Notes under the pieces: generated by a model | The model's input: the letters and a program-made list of their open reading frames with translations, nothing else | The model's database searches: none | Told to the model about the DNA's origin: nothing | Made by a program: the position numbers and the translations under genes | Shown here: in pieces, positions 34,562 to 43,723 of the stretch | Layout: each line of letters starts with the position of its first letter | How positions within the stretch are numbered: the first letter of the stretch is position 1 | Assembly (NCBI GenBank): GCA_015056415.1 | Contig: SVGJ01000005.1 | Location: 1,845 to 65,844 of the forward strand | Reading direction: 5' to 3' | Source: Clostridiales bacterium | GTDB lineage: Bacteria; Bacillota; Clostridia; Christensenellales; Aristaeellaceae | Length of the DNA: 64,000 nt

Positions 34562-35458
34562 TTATAGCTGATAATCGGCGTCCAGGGTAAACACCGGAAC
34601 CGCCCAAACACCAACATGGTTAACAACAGCGCTGTCGGCGGCATAGGTTGCGATGATGCGAACGGAGTCATAAGTCATGCTATTGACGCTTGCGCCGGTG
34701 ATCGCGATGTTTTTTCCCGCTGCGCGAATAGTGTCAAGGCTGGTAGCTGTAAGCGTAGGCGTTATTCGCATAGGAACGTCCAACGGCAAACACAGGTTTG
34801 CCTGTGATGAAGTGCAGTAGCCCGAAAGTCGGCTAATGCCCTTCACCTTGCGGAAATATCTCTTGCACTCTATAAGCTCGGCTACATATCCCTTGGGCTG
34901 GTACGCCGGAAGGGTATCTGCTGTGTACGCGCCCTCATACAGGGCGGCCCAGCGCACCACATTGCTGCCGCACACGACCCGGAAACGCAGCGTTTCCTCG
35001 CTGGTGCTGGTCACAAGGAGTCGCGTGTCGTCGTGCCATTTATCAACGAGATTTATCCATGCGCTGCCGGAAGGCACTACGCCGCTGCCAACAACCAACG
35101 TTCCATCAGACAGGCAAAGGGCGCCAGTAACCGTCTTGCCGACCAAACCTTCTTTTTTGATCATCTGCAAAATCTCCGCGCTAGCTGCGATGCCGTCGGA
35201 TGTCAGCGCTGGTGTAACGTCAGCACTGGCCAGCCACCTGTCGATGAAATATTTCTTTGCAGTAACCTTGGTGCCGTTTGACCATCCGCGCTGGTTGACG
35301 GGGGTTGTGAAATCACTGTTGTCAAGCAGGTTCCACACCCGCGACCTGGCCCACATCGCTTTTTCCACCATGGTCATGTTGTCATTCAGCACGCTTACAT
35401 CACCATAGTCCTGCTCATCATACAGCGTCAAGCCCAGCAATTCTGATTTCGTCGCCAT
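34562..35458 (-). CDS. Putative tail fibre / receptor-binding protein
   Basis: 298 aa following the beta-helix repeat protein; RBS TAAGGAGG. Confidence 0.5.
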   Translation of the reverse strand: MATKSELLGLTLYDEQDYGDVSVLNDNMTMVEKAMWARSRVWNLLDNSDFTTPVNQRGWSNGTKVTAKKYFIDRWLASADVTPALTSDGIAASAEILQMIKKEGLVGKTVTGALCLSDGTLVVGSGVVPSGSAWINLVDKWHDDTRLLVTSTSEETLRFRVVCGSNVVRWAALYEGAYTADTLPAYQPKGYVAELIECKRYFRKVKGISRLSGYCTSSQANLCLPLDVPMRITPTLTATSLDTIRAAGKNIAITGASVNSMTYDSVRIIATYAADSAVVNHVGVWAVPVFTLDADYQL

Positions 35459-35470
35459 GTATTCTCCTCC

Positions 35471-37525
35471 TTACTGGTAAACATATACTTCCGCGCTCGT
35501 CCACCCGCTGGCGCTGCTGCTCTTCGCTGAGCAGCTCAGTTCCACGCAGCCCGGGGTAATACGGTGGTAATCATAATCTTCTGTCGTATTGTCCGCAGCC
35601 AACGTCATCGTCAGATTGATGCTGCTGGCTGCCCCCAGCCAGAAGGACGCTGTCGCCGTCAACTCCAGCGTACCGGCATAGCCCAATGTGTTGCTCAATT
35701 GGGCCGTCATGGTCAGCGTGCCGGCGCTTCCCGAAAGCTTTGCTGTCAACGTTCTGGTCTGCAACGGCGATCCAACAACCTTGTACGGGATCCGCAGCGT
35801 GTAGCGGTAGGTCGTTCCGCTTGCGCTGGCGGCCGAGCCCTGTACATCAAGAGCCTTTGCCGTGTTGAAGGTCTCAAAGCTCGTAACCCCGGCTATGCTT
35901 CTCCGATAGGTCAGTGTCACATTGGATACCGGCTTGATCCACACCACATCCGGTTGCCCCTTCGGCTGCGTCGTGCTGATGATCAAGTTTCTCTTGGTCA
36001 GTACCGTATAGCCATCCTGCGCGAGATTGCCGGATACTGTTGCATCCTTCATGGATACGTTGCCCTCCGGCGTCACATCGAAATTGTCACTTTCAATCTC
36101 AAACGTACCGCCGGATTCGATCTTCATAGCGGATCCAGCCTTTACCTTGACCGATCCACCCTCCACCTCCAGCGCACCGCCGGATTTAACTTTCATCGCA
36201 GCGCCTGAGTTCACACTCATTGTGCCACCTTCCAGATCCAACGCGCCGCCGGATTGCACTTTCAGCTTCGAAGCGGCTTTCAGATTCACCGTGCCGCCCT
36301 CCACATCAAGCATACCACCGGAACGTACTTTCAAAGCGGATCCGGCCTTTACATTCAACTCTCCGCCTTCCATATCCAGCGCGCCGCCGGATACAATCCG
36401 GATCGCCGTCCCAGCGTTCATCCGTATGCAGCCGCCCCGCATCTCAATACCGTTCACATCGATCATCACCGAGGCGTTTTCCACCCGCCCCGGCTCATCG
36501 CCGGTCATCACCCAAGTGCCGCCGTCCCACACATAGGTTACTGGCCGCTTGTATATCTCCCCCCACTTCAGCGCACCAATCTCTGCCCAGGTCATCTTCC
36601 CCAGGTCAGCCCAGGTCAGCGCCGGCTGAGATATCCTGATCCAGCGGTCACCTGGCTTCATGTCGCCTTCCGGCTGGTCATACTGCGTATATACCGCCCT
36701 GTGTCCCTTCACCATCAGCTGCAAATAGCTGTTGGATGTTATATCCATGGTGTTGATCTTGTTCAGCGTGGCTTCCCGGCCAAACAGCGTATCCACATCG
36801 ATGTTGGCCGCCATCAGCTGACGGATCAGAGCGTTATCGGCAAAGATATCCTTTGCGTTCAGGTTGGCGGCGGTCACCGTTCCCTCAATAATCTTTTCCC
36901 CGGCATTGATGGATGCATCCTTCACATCATCATTGCCGACCTGCTTCACCTCGGTGGTGATGCTACCGTCCTCCGCCACTCCAATGGCGTAGAAACGGCC
37001 GTCCTTGCCCTTCACCACCAGTTCTCCCGCTGTCAGGCTGACCATGTTGGCCTCAGTCACAGCCAACTCCGCCACATACAGCTTACCGTTCACACCCTTG
37101 GTGATGATGGCTTTGTCCGTGGTAAGATCCTTGATATGAGCGTAGCTGATGTCCGCGTCCTCAACCTCCAGCGCAGCGATCCTCGCTACCTCGGTGGTCA
37201 GCGCCAGGATGTTCGCCCAGTTGATATCCGCCGTTTCAATGGTACTGGTCACAATCTTGGCAAACTGCGTCTCCAGGTGCTGTACCTGCGCCCAGCCGAT
37301 CTTCGCTTTCGCGAGTTCTGCCCTTGCAGCGCCCAACACCTCCACCGAAAGGTTTTTGAAGCTGGCCGAGGTCAGGCCTGCCGGGCGCATATTGCTGTCA
37401 TCCAGGCTGTTCAGAGTGTTGCCCAGGACGTCGCACAACTGCATCAGGTACTGGCGCAGCTGCTGCATATCTGCCCGGTCGCCCTTCAGCAGCTCCGGCG
37501 GTGCGCCCATGGCGAATTTAGGCAT
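35471..37525 (-). CDS. Phage structural protein with 23-aa beta-helix-type repeats (tail spike/appendage-like)
   Basis: 684 aa; 4.5 copies of SGGALD.EGG...VKAGSA.KV. at about nt 36090-36440; directly after the portal gene. Confidence 0.6.
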   Translation of the reverse strand: MPKFAMGAPPELLKGDRADMQQLRQYLMQLCDVLGNTLNSLDDSNMRPAGLTSASFKNLSVEVLGAARAELAKAKIGWAQVQHLETQFAKIVTSTIETADINWANILALTTEVARIAALEVEDADISYAHIKDLTTDKAIITKGVNGKLYVAELAVTEANMVSLTAGELVVKGKDGRFYAIGVAEDGSITTEVKQVGNDDVKDASINAGEKIIEGTVTAANLNAKDIFADNALIRQLMAANIDVDTLFGREATLNKINTMDITSNSYLQLMVKGHRAVYTQYDQPEGDMKPGDRWIRISQPALTWADLGKMTWAEIGALKWGEIYKRPVTYVWDGGTWVMTGDEPGRVENASVMIDVNGIEMRGGCIRMNAGTAIRIVSGGALDMEGGELNVKAGSALKVRSGGMLDVEGGTVNLKAASKLKVQSGGALDLEGGTMSVNSGAAMKVKSGGALEVEGGSVKVKAGSAMKIESGGTFEIESDNFDVTPEGNVSMKDATVSGNLAQDGYTVLTKRNLIISTTQPKGQPDVVWIKPVSNVTLTYRRSIAGVTSFETFNTAKALDVQGSAASASGTTYRYTLRIPYKVVGSPLQTRTLTAKLSGSAGTLTMTAQLSNTLGYAGTLELTATASFWLGAASSINLTMTLAADNTTEDYDYHRITPGCVELSCSAKSSSASGWTSAEVYVYQ

Positions 37526-37538
37526 ACATCACCCCTCC

Positions 37539-39569
37539 TTACGCGCCGCGCACATTCTGCGCCCTGTCGCGGGCCGTTGTGGGGCCAATGGCCTGCTTGC
37601 CGGCCACCGCCTGCGCCATGGGATCATGGTTGGCAGGGGCCTGCCTCGCAGGCTGTTCCTGCTGGGGCATAGGCATGCCGCCCATGTTCATTTGTCCGGT
37701 CAACATGGCCAGCTGCTTGGTCAGCATATCGATCTCCATGCGCATCTGCTCAAACACAGTGCCGCGCTCGCTGATCTTCTGCTTCAGCTGCTCAATGCCC
37801 TCAAAGTCCATCAGGTCAAGGAGCATCAGCGCCTGGTCTGCCATCTCCGGGTTGAAGATCCCCATCCCGAAAAGCTCCTTCGCCAGCTCATTCTGGCTCA
37901 CACGGGTGAAGGGGCTGTTGCGCTGGCTTTTGATTGAAAGATCAAACACCGCCTTGCGGTATGCCTCCTGGCCAAATTCATCCTGCAGGCGCATGGGCTT
38001 GATCTGTCTGTTGTCAAAGATCACAAAGTTCATTTCGCCATTCTTGCCCGTGGTGCGGAAGCTGCGCGGCGCTGCATAGAATTGCCTGTACAGCTCAATG
38101 CACATCTCGCAGATCTTCCGGAACGCCCGGTAGCTGGCCTTGATCATATCGCGCGACATCTTCGATCCGGCCTCCTGGAGCGCAGCGATCGCTGAAGCGG
38201 CCGTCACTCCGCTGGTGGTTCCGCCCTGGCTGAAGTCGCGGTTGCCGCTGGTCTCCTTCAATTCGTCGATCTTGTGCTGACGGCTTTCATACACCGTCTT
38301 GTCCAGGGGACTGACGCTGATCTCCTTGATGTTCGCGTCATTGATGCCGCCCTCTACATCCACAATATCAATCGTCCAGTCGGCAAACTGCTCTTTGTTC
38401 ACACCGCTGTCCGAACTCATGAAGTACCGCTTCTTTCCGCATTTCTGCGCATTGCGCAGGATCAGGCTGTCCAGCTTGTCAATGTACATCTGCGGATCCC
38501 GCATCACATCCACATAGCCAAAGCCCATCCAGCTATCCTCCACAGGGAACATCACATCCGGTACAAACGGGTACATCCCATGGTCATACCATCCGCGCTC
38601 CCGCAGATCGGGCGCACCGTCCTCCTCCGGCGGATTTTCCGAGGCGTAGAGCACAATATCCCCCACAAACTTGCACAGGTGCAGCACGCTGCGGCCTGCC
38701 TTGTTCCGCTTTTTGTAGTACCAGTCCACCACCATCACCCGGTTCTCTTCCTCGCGGGTGTCCTCATGGCGGAATTCCAGCACCGTCACCTCGTTGCCGC
38801 CGGTGTAATCCTTCACCTTTTCGCCCCAGCGGTCTTTCAGCTGCTCCATGGTCAGGATGTCAATACAAAACAGGTGGTCGCTCTCCTGGATGTCGGATAC
38901 CGCAGGATCGGCGAAGATCTTCAGTACATCCACCTTCCGGATCTCAATATCGCCCACTCCGTTTTCCTTCTCCGGACTCCAGAAAACGCCAGTCACGGCT
39001 GTGCCGGTCTTCAGCTTGTACCACCACGTTCTGTCATAGGTGTCCTCGTAACTGCACCTCTCCAGCGTCAGCGGCAGGATCGAGGTCATCACCCTGGCCG
39101 CCTCCTGGTCATCCGCTTCCCTGGGCTGCACAATTGCTTCGGGGTAATTGTCCATGGCGTCGGCATGCTTGTTCATGATGCAGTTCAGCAGCCATGCGCT
39201 GGCCGGCTCCAGCGGCTCCTTCTCCTTCACGCCCTCGCGCTGCCGCACGTATTCCCAATGGCGCAGCCTCCACCATTGCTCATTTTCTACAATGCGGGCG
39301 TCAGTCAACGCCTTGCCCTGCTGGTAGCGCTTCAGCCGCACCATGGCCTCATGCAGCTCCTCAGGGCCAATAGCCCTCTCTTTGATCACAGGCACATCAT
39401 GCTCTTTCATGTAGGTCTTAACGGCGTCCAGCTGTTCCGTTTTTTCGGACTGCTCAGCCTTTTCAGGCTGTTCATCCTCCACCGGCGCTACCCGGTCCTG
39501 CACGGGTGCTTTCAGCTCCTCCTTCAGCGGGATCTCCCGCTTCCTGCTGGGCTTCTTGTTCTCCTGCAT
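37539..39569 (-). CDS. Portal protein
   Basis: 676 aa, immediately downstream of the large terminase; size and position typical; no motif verified. Confidence 0.7.
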   Translation of the reverse strand: MQENKKPSRKREIPLKEELKAPVQDRVAPVEDEQPEKAEQSEKTEQLDAVKTYMKEHDVPVIKERAIGPEELHEAMVRLKRYQQGKALTDARIVENEQWWRLRHWEYVRQREGVKEKEPLEPASAWLLNCIMNKHADAMDNYPEAIVQPREADDQEAARVMTSILPLTLERCSYEDTYDRTWWYKLKTGTAVTGVFWSPEKENGVGDIEIRKVDVLKIFADPAVSDIQESDHLFCIDILTMEQLKDRWGEKVKDYTGGNEVTVLEFRHEDTREEENRVMVVDWYYKKRNKAGRSVLHLCKFVGDIVLYASENPPEEDGAPDLRERGWYDHGMYPFVPDVMFPVEDSWMGFGYVDVMRDPQMYIDKLDSLILRNAQKCGKKRYFMSSDSGVNKEQFADWTIDIVDVEGGINDANIKEISVSPLDKTVYESRQHKIDELKETSGNRDFSQGGTTSGVTAASAIAALQEAGSKMSRDMIKASYRAFRKICEMCIELYRQFYAAPRSFRTTGKNGEMNFVIFDNRQIKPMRLQDEFGQEAYRKAVFDLSIKSQRNSPFTRVSQNELAKELFGMGIFNPEMADQALMLLDLMDFEGIEQLKQKISERGTVFEQMRMEIDMLTKQLAMLTGQMNMGGMPMPQQEQPARQAPANHDPMAQAVAGKQAIGPTTARDRAQNVRGA

Positions 39570-39582
39570 GTCATTTCCTCCC

Positions 39583-41115
39583 TTATCGTCTGAAGAACAG
39601 CGTCTGCTGCTGTTTGTGGTTCAGATCCAGCGGATCCTCACCGGAGTACATCGGCGGCGCCACAGCCTGCCGTGGCTTGCATTTGTGCGCCATCAGCACG
39701 TAGCGTGCCTCGTCGTAATTGTGATCCTCCATCCGAGTGTCGACGCTTTCCACATCCGCCTGGTCATAGCACAGCGCCGGGAAAAGCTCAATGAAATGGC
39801 GGTTCGTGTTGAACACGTAGAACATCGGGCGGCCATCTTCGTCAAAGGCCAGCCGGTAGTGGAACTGCATCAGCCCCTGAAAGCGGTCATGGTTGCCCAT
39901 GTTCCAGTACACGCCTTCTTTGCGCATCAGCGCCTCCACCGTGTTGCTTTCCCCGGTCTGCGTCTGCACGATGGCCGGGTCAGCATAGCCAATGATGTGG
40001 CGTCCCTTCAGGTTCGGATCCGTGCGCTCGATCTCTTTGATTTTCCTCGCCACCGCATCCGGCGTCATGCGCAGCCCCGTGTCCGGCTGCCCGTTGGAGC
40101 CGTAGTATTCACGGATGCGGTATATACGCCCCTCTCCGTCCAGGGCGTACCAGCCTACCGAAAAAGGTCGCTTGTATCCCCAGTCCAGCCCTCTGTAGAT
40201 CTTCCACCATTCGGGGATCCGGAAAGGCGCAATCACATGCGTCCAACGCTGGTCAAGGTAGTGACCAGGGTCGTTGCGCCACTCCTCAAACACCTGCCCG
40301 GAAAAGCCGTCCCAGCTCCCCTCCAGCAGCTGCTTGCGTTCCTGCTCCGGAAGGCTGGCCAGCGAGGCCAGGTAATTCGGGTCGTTGTTCAAAAGCGCCG
40401 CATTGTCCCAGATCGTCGAGTTGACAAACATCCGCGTGCGCCGCATGCGCTGCTTTGTTCCGTCCGGTCGGATCACCTCCAGGTTCTCAATCATCCTGGT
40501 CATGGGCGGCGCCGGCGTGATGAATCTCTTCTTTGCCCACACATGGCCAATGCCGCCCGGATTCGTCGCGCCCCGGATATAGCATCGCGTTCCCGGCCCG
40601 CTGGGACGGTTCCGGCTGAACAGATAGCTGTATTCGTCCCAGGTGAAATGCGTCATCTCGTCAAAGCCGATGTAGTCATAACGCTTTCCCTGGTAATTAA
40701 TCCTTTCGGCCGCCCGGTGCATCGAGCCGAAATAGATCTTCGCGCCGCTGGGGAATATCCAGCAATGCTCCGTGCCGTTGTACCTCGCTTTGCGGAACGC
40801 AGGCTTATACAGTTCCCTGCTCCTGTCGATCAACTCCGAAAGCTGCGGATATGTCTTTCGCAGGATCAGTCCCTTGTAATGCGGGATATGCACCTGCCGC
40901 AGGCCTTCCATCAGCAGCGCGTCGCTTTTGCCTCCACCGGCAGCGCCGCCATACAGCACTTCATCTTCCGGCCGAGCCATAAAGGCCAGCTGCCTGGGCT
41001 GTGGCTGCCAGATCACCTTCTGCGGCGTAATGATCTTCTTTTTGGCCGGCGACCATAACGCTTGCGGGCAACCGTCAACATAGGGCGTCGGGCTTTTCTC
41101 TACCGCTTCGCTCAT
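39583..41115 (-). CDS. Terminase large subunit
   Basis: Walker A GGAAGGGKSD, Walker B-like FDEMTHF, C-terminal nuclease half; ATGA overlap with TerS. Confidence 0.9.
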   Translation of the reverse strand: MSEAVEKSPTPYVDGCPQALWSPAKKKIITPQKVIWQPQPRQLAFMARPEDEVLYGGAAGGGKSDALLMEGLRQVHIPHYKGLILRKTYPQLSELIDRSRELYKPAFRKARYNGTEHCWIFPSGAKIYFGSMHRAAERINYQGKRYDYIGFDEMTHFTWDEYSYLFSRNRPSGPGTRCYIRGATNPGGIGHVWAKKRFITPAPPMTRMIENLEVIRPDGTKQRMRRTRMFVNSTIWDNAALLNNDPNYLASLASLPEQERKQLLEGSWDGFSGQVFEEWRNDPGHYLDQRWTHVIAPFRIPEWWKIYRGLDWGYKRPFSVGWYALDGEGRIYRIREYYGSNGQPDTGLRMTPDAVARKIKEIERTDPNLKGRHIIGYADPAIVQTQTGESNTVEALMRKEGVYWNMGNHDRFQGLMQFHYRLAFDEDGRPMFYVFNTNRHFIELFPALCYDQADVESVDTRMEDHNYDEARYVLMAHKCKPRQAVAPPMYSGEDPLDLNHKQQQTLFFRR

Positions 41116-41720
41116 TCCGCCGCCTCGCTTTCATCGCCGCCCAGCACGATCTCCCGCACAGGGCTGTTGTCTACCCCGCCCAGGATCACCACGCCGCTGT
41201 CCTCATCGTCGCCCGTGTTGCCGTTCAGCTTGTCACGCTCCAGCTCCAGCCGCGCGGCGTCCATCTCCACGGCGAATTCCTCCCGCGCCGTCATAATGCC
41301 GCCAATGGTGCGCAGGGTGTCGGCCAGCGTCTGCATCGTGGAAGCGATGTCCCTCACCGCCTTGGTGTCCATCTTCTGCAGCACCGTTTCCTTCTGCGCC
41401 CGGCTGCTGGTGGTCAAGATGTGGCGGTACAGCTGCTTATCGTCCTGCATGGCTTCATCCAGCTTCCCCAGCAGCCGCTCCGCCAGCTCCTCCACCCGCG
41501 AAAGCGCCGCCGCTTCCTTGCCCGCCCGGCGGCTTGCAATCTTTTGCAAAGCGCGTGTGTGCACTTTGCTGGCAAACTGCTGGCGTTTTTCCGGCCAGTT
41601 GTTTTTGCTTCCCCTTCGGGCCACCGTGGACTCGGAAATCCCATATTTTTCGGCGATCTGGCGGTACGAAAGGTCATTCACCATATAATCGGTTTCGATT
41701 TTTCCCCAATCGTACGCCAA
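41112..41720 (-). CDS. Terminase small subunit
   Basis: DWGKIETDYMVNDLSYRQIAEKYGISESTV HTH typical of TerS; TTG start after AAAAGAGGGGGA is an estimate (the ORF track extends to 41846 across a terminator). Confidence 0.75.
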   Translation of the reverse strand: MAYDWGKIETDYMVNDLSYRQIAEKYGISESTVARRGSKNNWPEKRQQFASKVHTRALQKIASRRAGKEAAALSRVEELAERLLGKLDEAMQDDKQLYRHILTTSSRAQKETVLQKMDTKAVRDIASTMQTLADTLRTIGGIMTAREEFAVEMDAARLELERDKLNGNTGDDEDSGVVILGGVDNSPVREIVLGGDESEAAE

Positions 41721-41792
41721 ATCTTGTCCCCCTCTTTTCTGCCATCTCCCGGCCCCTTCATTCGCTCCGATTCTTGCATAAATCCCACCGCT

Positions 41793-41803
41793 TGTAGACC
41801 CAC
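41793..41803 (-). promoter_or_regulatory. Conserved GTGGGTCTACA motif (site C) between the early-operon terminator and terS
   Basis: Exact 11-mer shared with sites A and B; located after the terminator at 41815-41836 and about 70 nt before the terS start. Confidence 0.55.
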
Positions 41804-41814
41804 CCGCAACACGC

Positions 41815-41836
41815 AAAAAACCGCCCCGAAGGGCGG
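41815..41836 (-). terminator. Rho-independent terminator ending the early/replication operon
   Basis: CCGCCC-TTCG-GGGCGG followed by TTTTTT on the minus strand. Confidence 0.75.
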
Positions 41837-41884
41837 CTGTAGTCAACAGGTTTCAACACGCACTCAACACGCGCTGAGCATCGC

Positions 41885-42112
41885 TTATTCCTCCTCGTAT
41901 TTCCGTATCAAAGCCTGGGCAACGCGGCACAACTTATATCCGTGGATGTTTTTACACCGGCGCATAGCATAGCCAGCCTTGCGCTCCTTGCTCGCAAAGC
42001 AGCAAACGGTCTTCATTCCCGGTTCCAGACCCTCGCACGATATGCTGTTTTCTTCTTCCCCCCGCCAGAACGGGCAGGCTATATCCCTATCCTTGTAATT
42101 CCTGCGCACCAT
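41885..42112 (-). CDS. Small Cys-rich phage protein
   Basis: 75 aa with 8 Cys (CPFW...SCEG...CC...C...C); ATGA-coupled to the Rep stop. Confidence 0.55.
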   Translation of the reverse strand: MVRRNYKDRDIACPFWRGEEENSISCEGLEPGMKTVCCFASKERKAGYAMRRCKNIHGYKLCRVAQALIRKYEEE

Positions 42113-42969
42113 CAGGCCACCTCCCTGGCCATCCTGCGCATCCTGGCGCGGATCATCACGCCATCCACCATGTCAGAGTAGCGCACCTCGCAATCCACAT
42201 ACTCGTAGCCGGGGTATACCTTGCGCAGGATCTCTTTGGCCTCGTTGGGCAGTCCACGGGCAATGCGCTTCACGCGGGCATTGCTCAGCTTGCAGTCGCT
42301 CACCCGCACCTGAGGCTCCTTCAGGTTACGGGAGCAGCACCACTTTTTCCTGTTCCGCTGGCTCTTCACCATGTACCGGGCCAGGCCCTCCAGGCCCTGC
42401 TCGTTCAGCTGCAGGCGGTCGGCATTGGCGTAACCCCGCGCCCACAGCTTTTCCAGCTCCTCGCGGGGAATCCCGCCAGACATGACCACATGGGCGTGGA
42501 TGCGCTTCTTCACGCCGAATTCGTCATCCTCCACCACATAGATGTATTTCATCTCCGGCAATCCCTGCTTTTTGCGAAGCCGCTTCACCCGCCGCAGAAA
42601 ATTCCGCACATCCCTCTGGCATTGGTCGTAGTCCGGCGCGTCTTCGTAGGTCAGGTGCAGGGCAATATCCTTCTCGGTGAAGTTGGTGTTCACCAGCTGC
42701 ACAATGCGGCGTTCGGCATTGCGCTTGTTGATGCGCTGCTGCGCCTCTCTGGTCACGCGCTTCGCAGCCCGCCTTGCCACACCCGCCTGCTCCCGGCCAA
42801 AGAGCGGATACACATCCACATCCAGCTGCTGTCCAGCCTTCACCGTCTTCACCCGGTAGCCCATTTTGCCCACGCGGATCTCCGTCGGGAATGCCTGGAA
42901 CGCACGCTCCAGCTCCGTGGGGCCATCCACATCGAAAAGTGCTTCGTATTCCCAGCCCAGCTTGTTCAT
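42112..42969 (-). CDS. HUH-superfamily rolling-circle replication initiator-like protein
   Basis: Motif order ALHLTY, RIHAHVVM (HUH), LARYMVKS (Tyr motif); GGAGGGA RBS before ATG 42969. Confidence 0.65.
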   Translation of the reverse strand: MNKLGWEYEALFDVDGPTELERAFQAFPTEIRVGKMGYRVKTVKAGQQLDVDVYPLFGREQAGVARRAAKRVTREAQQRINKRNAERRIVQLVNTNFTEKDIALHLTYEDAPDYDQCQRDVRNFLRRVKRLRKKQGLPEMKYIYVVEDDEFGVKKRIHAHVVMSGGIPREELEKLWARGYANADRLQLNEQGLEGLARYMVKSQRNRKKWCCSRNLKEPQVRVSDCKLSNARVKRIARGLPNEAKEILRKVYPGYEYVDCEVRYSDMVDGVMIRARMRRMAREVA

Positions 42970-43199
42970 GCCGGCTCCCTCCGGGGGATACGCCAAGGGC
43001 TGTTTCGGCAGCCCTTGGCTATCCCCTCGACCGGGGACGCTGTCCCCGGCCCCTCCCCTTTCCCCTTGCTTCGCCCTTCAAGGGATGGAGAGGCTCTTTG
43101 TGATCACACGCACACAAGCGGCGTGGTTCATTTCTTAATACTCCATACGAGCCTGAGAAGCGCATGCCCTTGCGCATTTTCCTGGCGGCGTTTCTTCTA

Positions 43200-43553
43200 T
43201 TAGAAATGTTCGTTCCTGATCAACCGGATGGACATCGTCACCGTCCGCATCGCTCTCTCGTAATCATCACATTGGTGCTTCTCAACCAGGCGCCCCGCTG
43301 TTCTTCGGATCACATCAAACAGTTCCTTCAGCATATCATCGCATATTTTCCATTCGTACTCATGCAGCGTATGAGCATCAATGGTTCGTCTTGCGATGAT
43401 GGTTTCTATCCGGCCGTATTCGTTAACCATCTCATTGCACCGAAGTCTCCACCGGGCGATCTCCCGCCGATGCTCTTCGTCGCGCTTCTCCATTTCCTGC
43501 TTTGTACAACCGCCCAGGGCGTGGATCAGAAAGGCTTTCAGCTTCTCCTTCAT
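43200..43553 (-). CDS. Hypothetical phage protein
   Basis: About 117 aa, MKEKLKAF start, overlapping the upstream stop. Confidence 0.5.
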   Translation of the reverse strand: MKEKLKAFLIHALGGCTKQEMEKRDEEHRREIARWRLRCNEMVNEYGRIETIIARRTIDAHTLHEYEWKICDDMLKELFDVIRRTAGRLVEKHQCDDYERAMRTVTMSIRLIRNEHF

Positions 43554-43723
43554 TCCTCGCACTCCCCTCTCTTGAAGCATTCACACTTCACCGCATCACA
43601 GCATGAAATGCGGTTGATGCCCACCCACATGGTGCAAGCTTCGCGATGCAGGCAGTCCATGCAGGTTCGGCGCTTTTGTGGCGGGATCTTTGCCCGTTTC
43701 TCCTTTTCGGCTTTAAGACGCAT
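43550..43723 (-). CDS. Small Cys-rich protein (57 aa, below the ORF-track cut-off)
   Basis: Hand translation MRLKAEKEKRAKIPPQKRRTCMDCLHREACTMWVGINRISCCDAVKCECFKRGECEE; GGAGTG RBS; ATGA overlaps at both ends. Confidence 0.45.
   Translation of the reverse strand: MRLKAEKEKRAKIPPQKRRTCMDCLHREACTMWVGINRISCCDAVKCECFKRGECEE

Noticed and set aside
38274-41058. 439-aa and 500-aa plus-strand ORFs opposite the portal and terminase genes
   Set aside because: They are antisense to the terminase, which has Walker motifs, and to the portal gene. The translations are low-complexity.
41721-41846. N-terminal 42 codons of the TerS ORF in the track
   Set aside because: This stretch contains an intrinsic terminator (41815-41836) and the conserved intergenic motif. 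A TTG start behind a purine-rich RBS at 41720 gives a typical TerS N-terminus.
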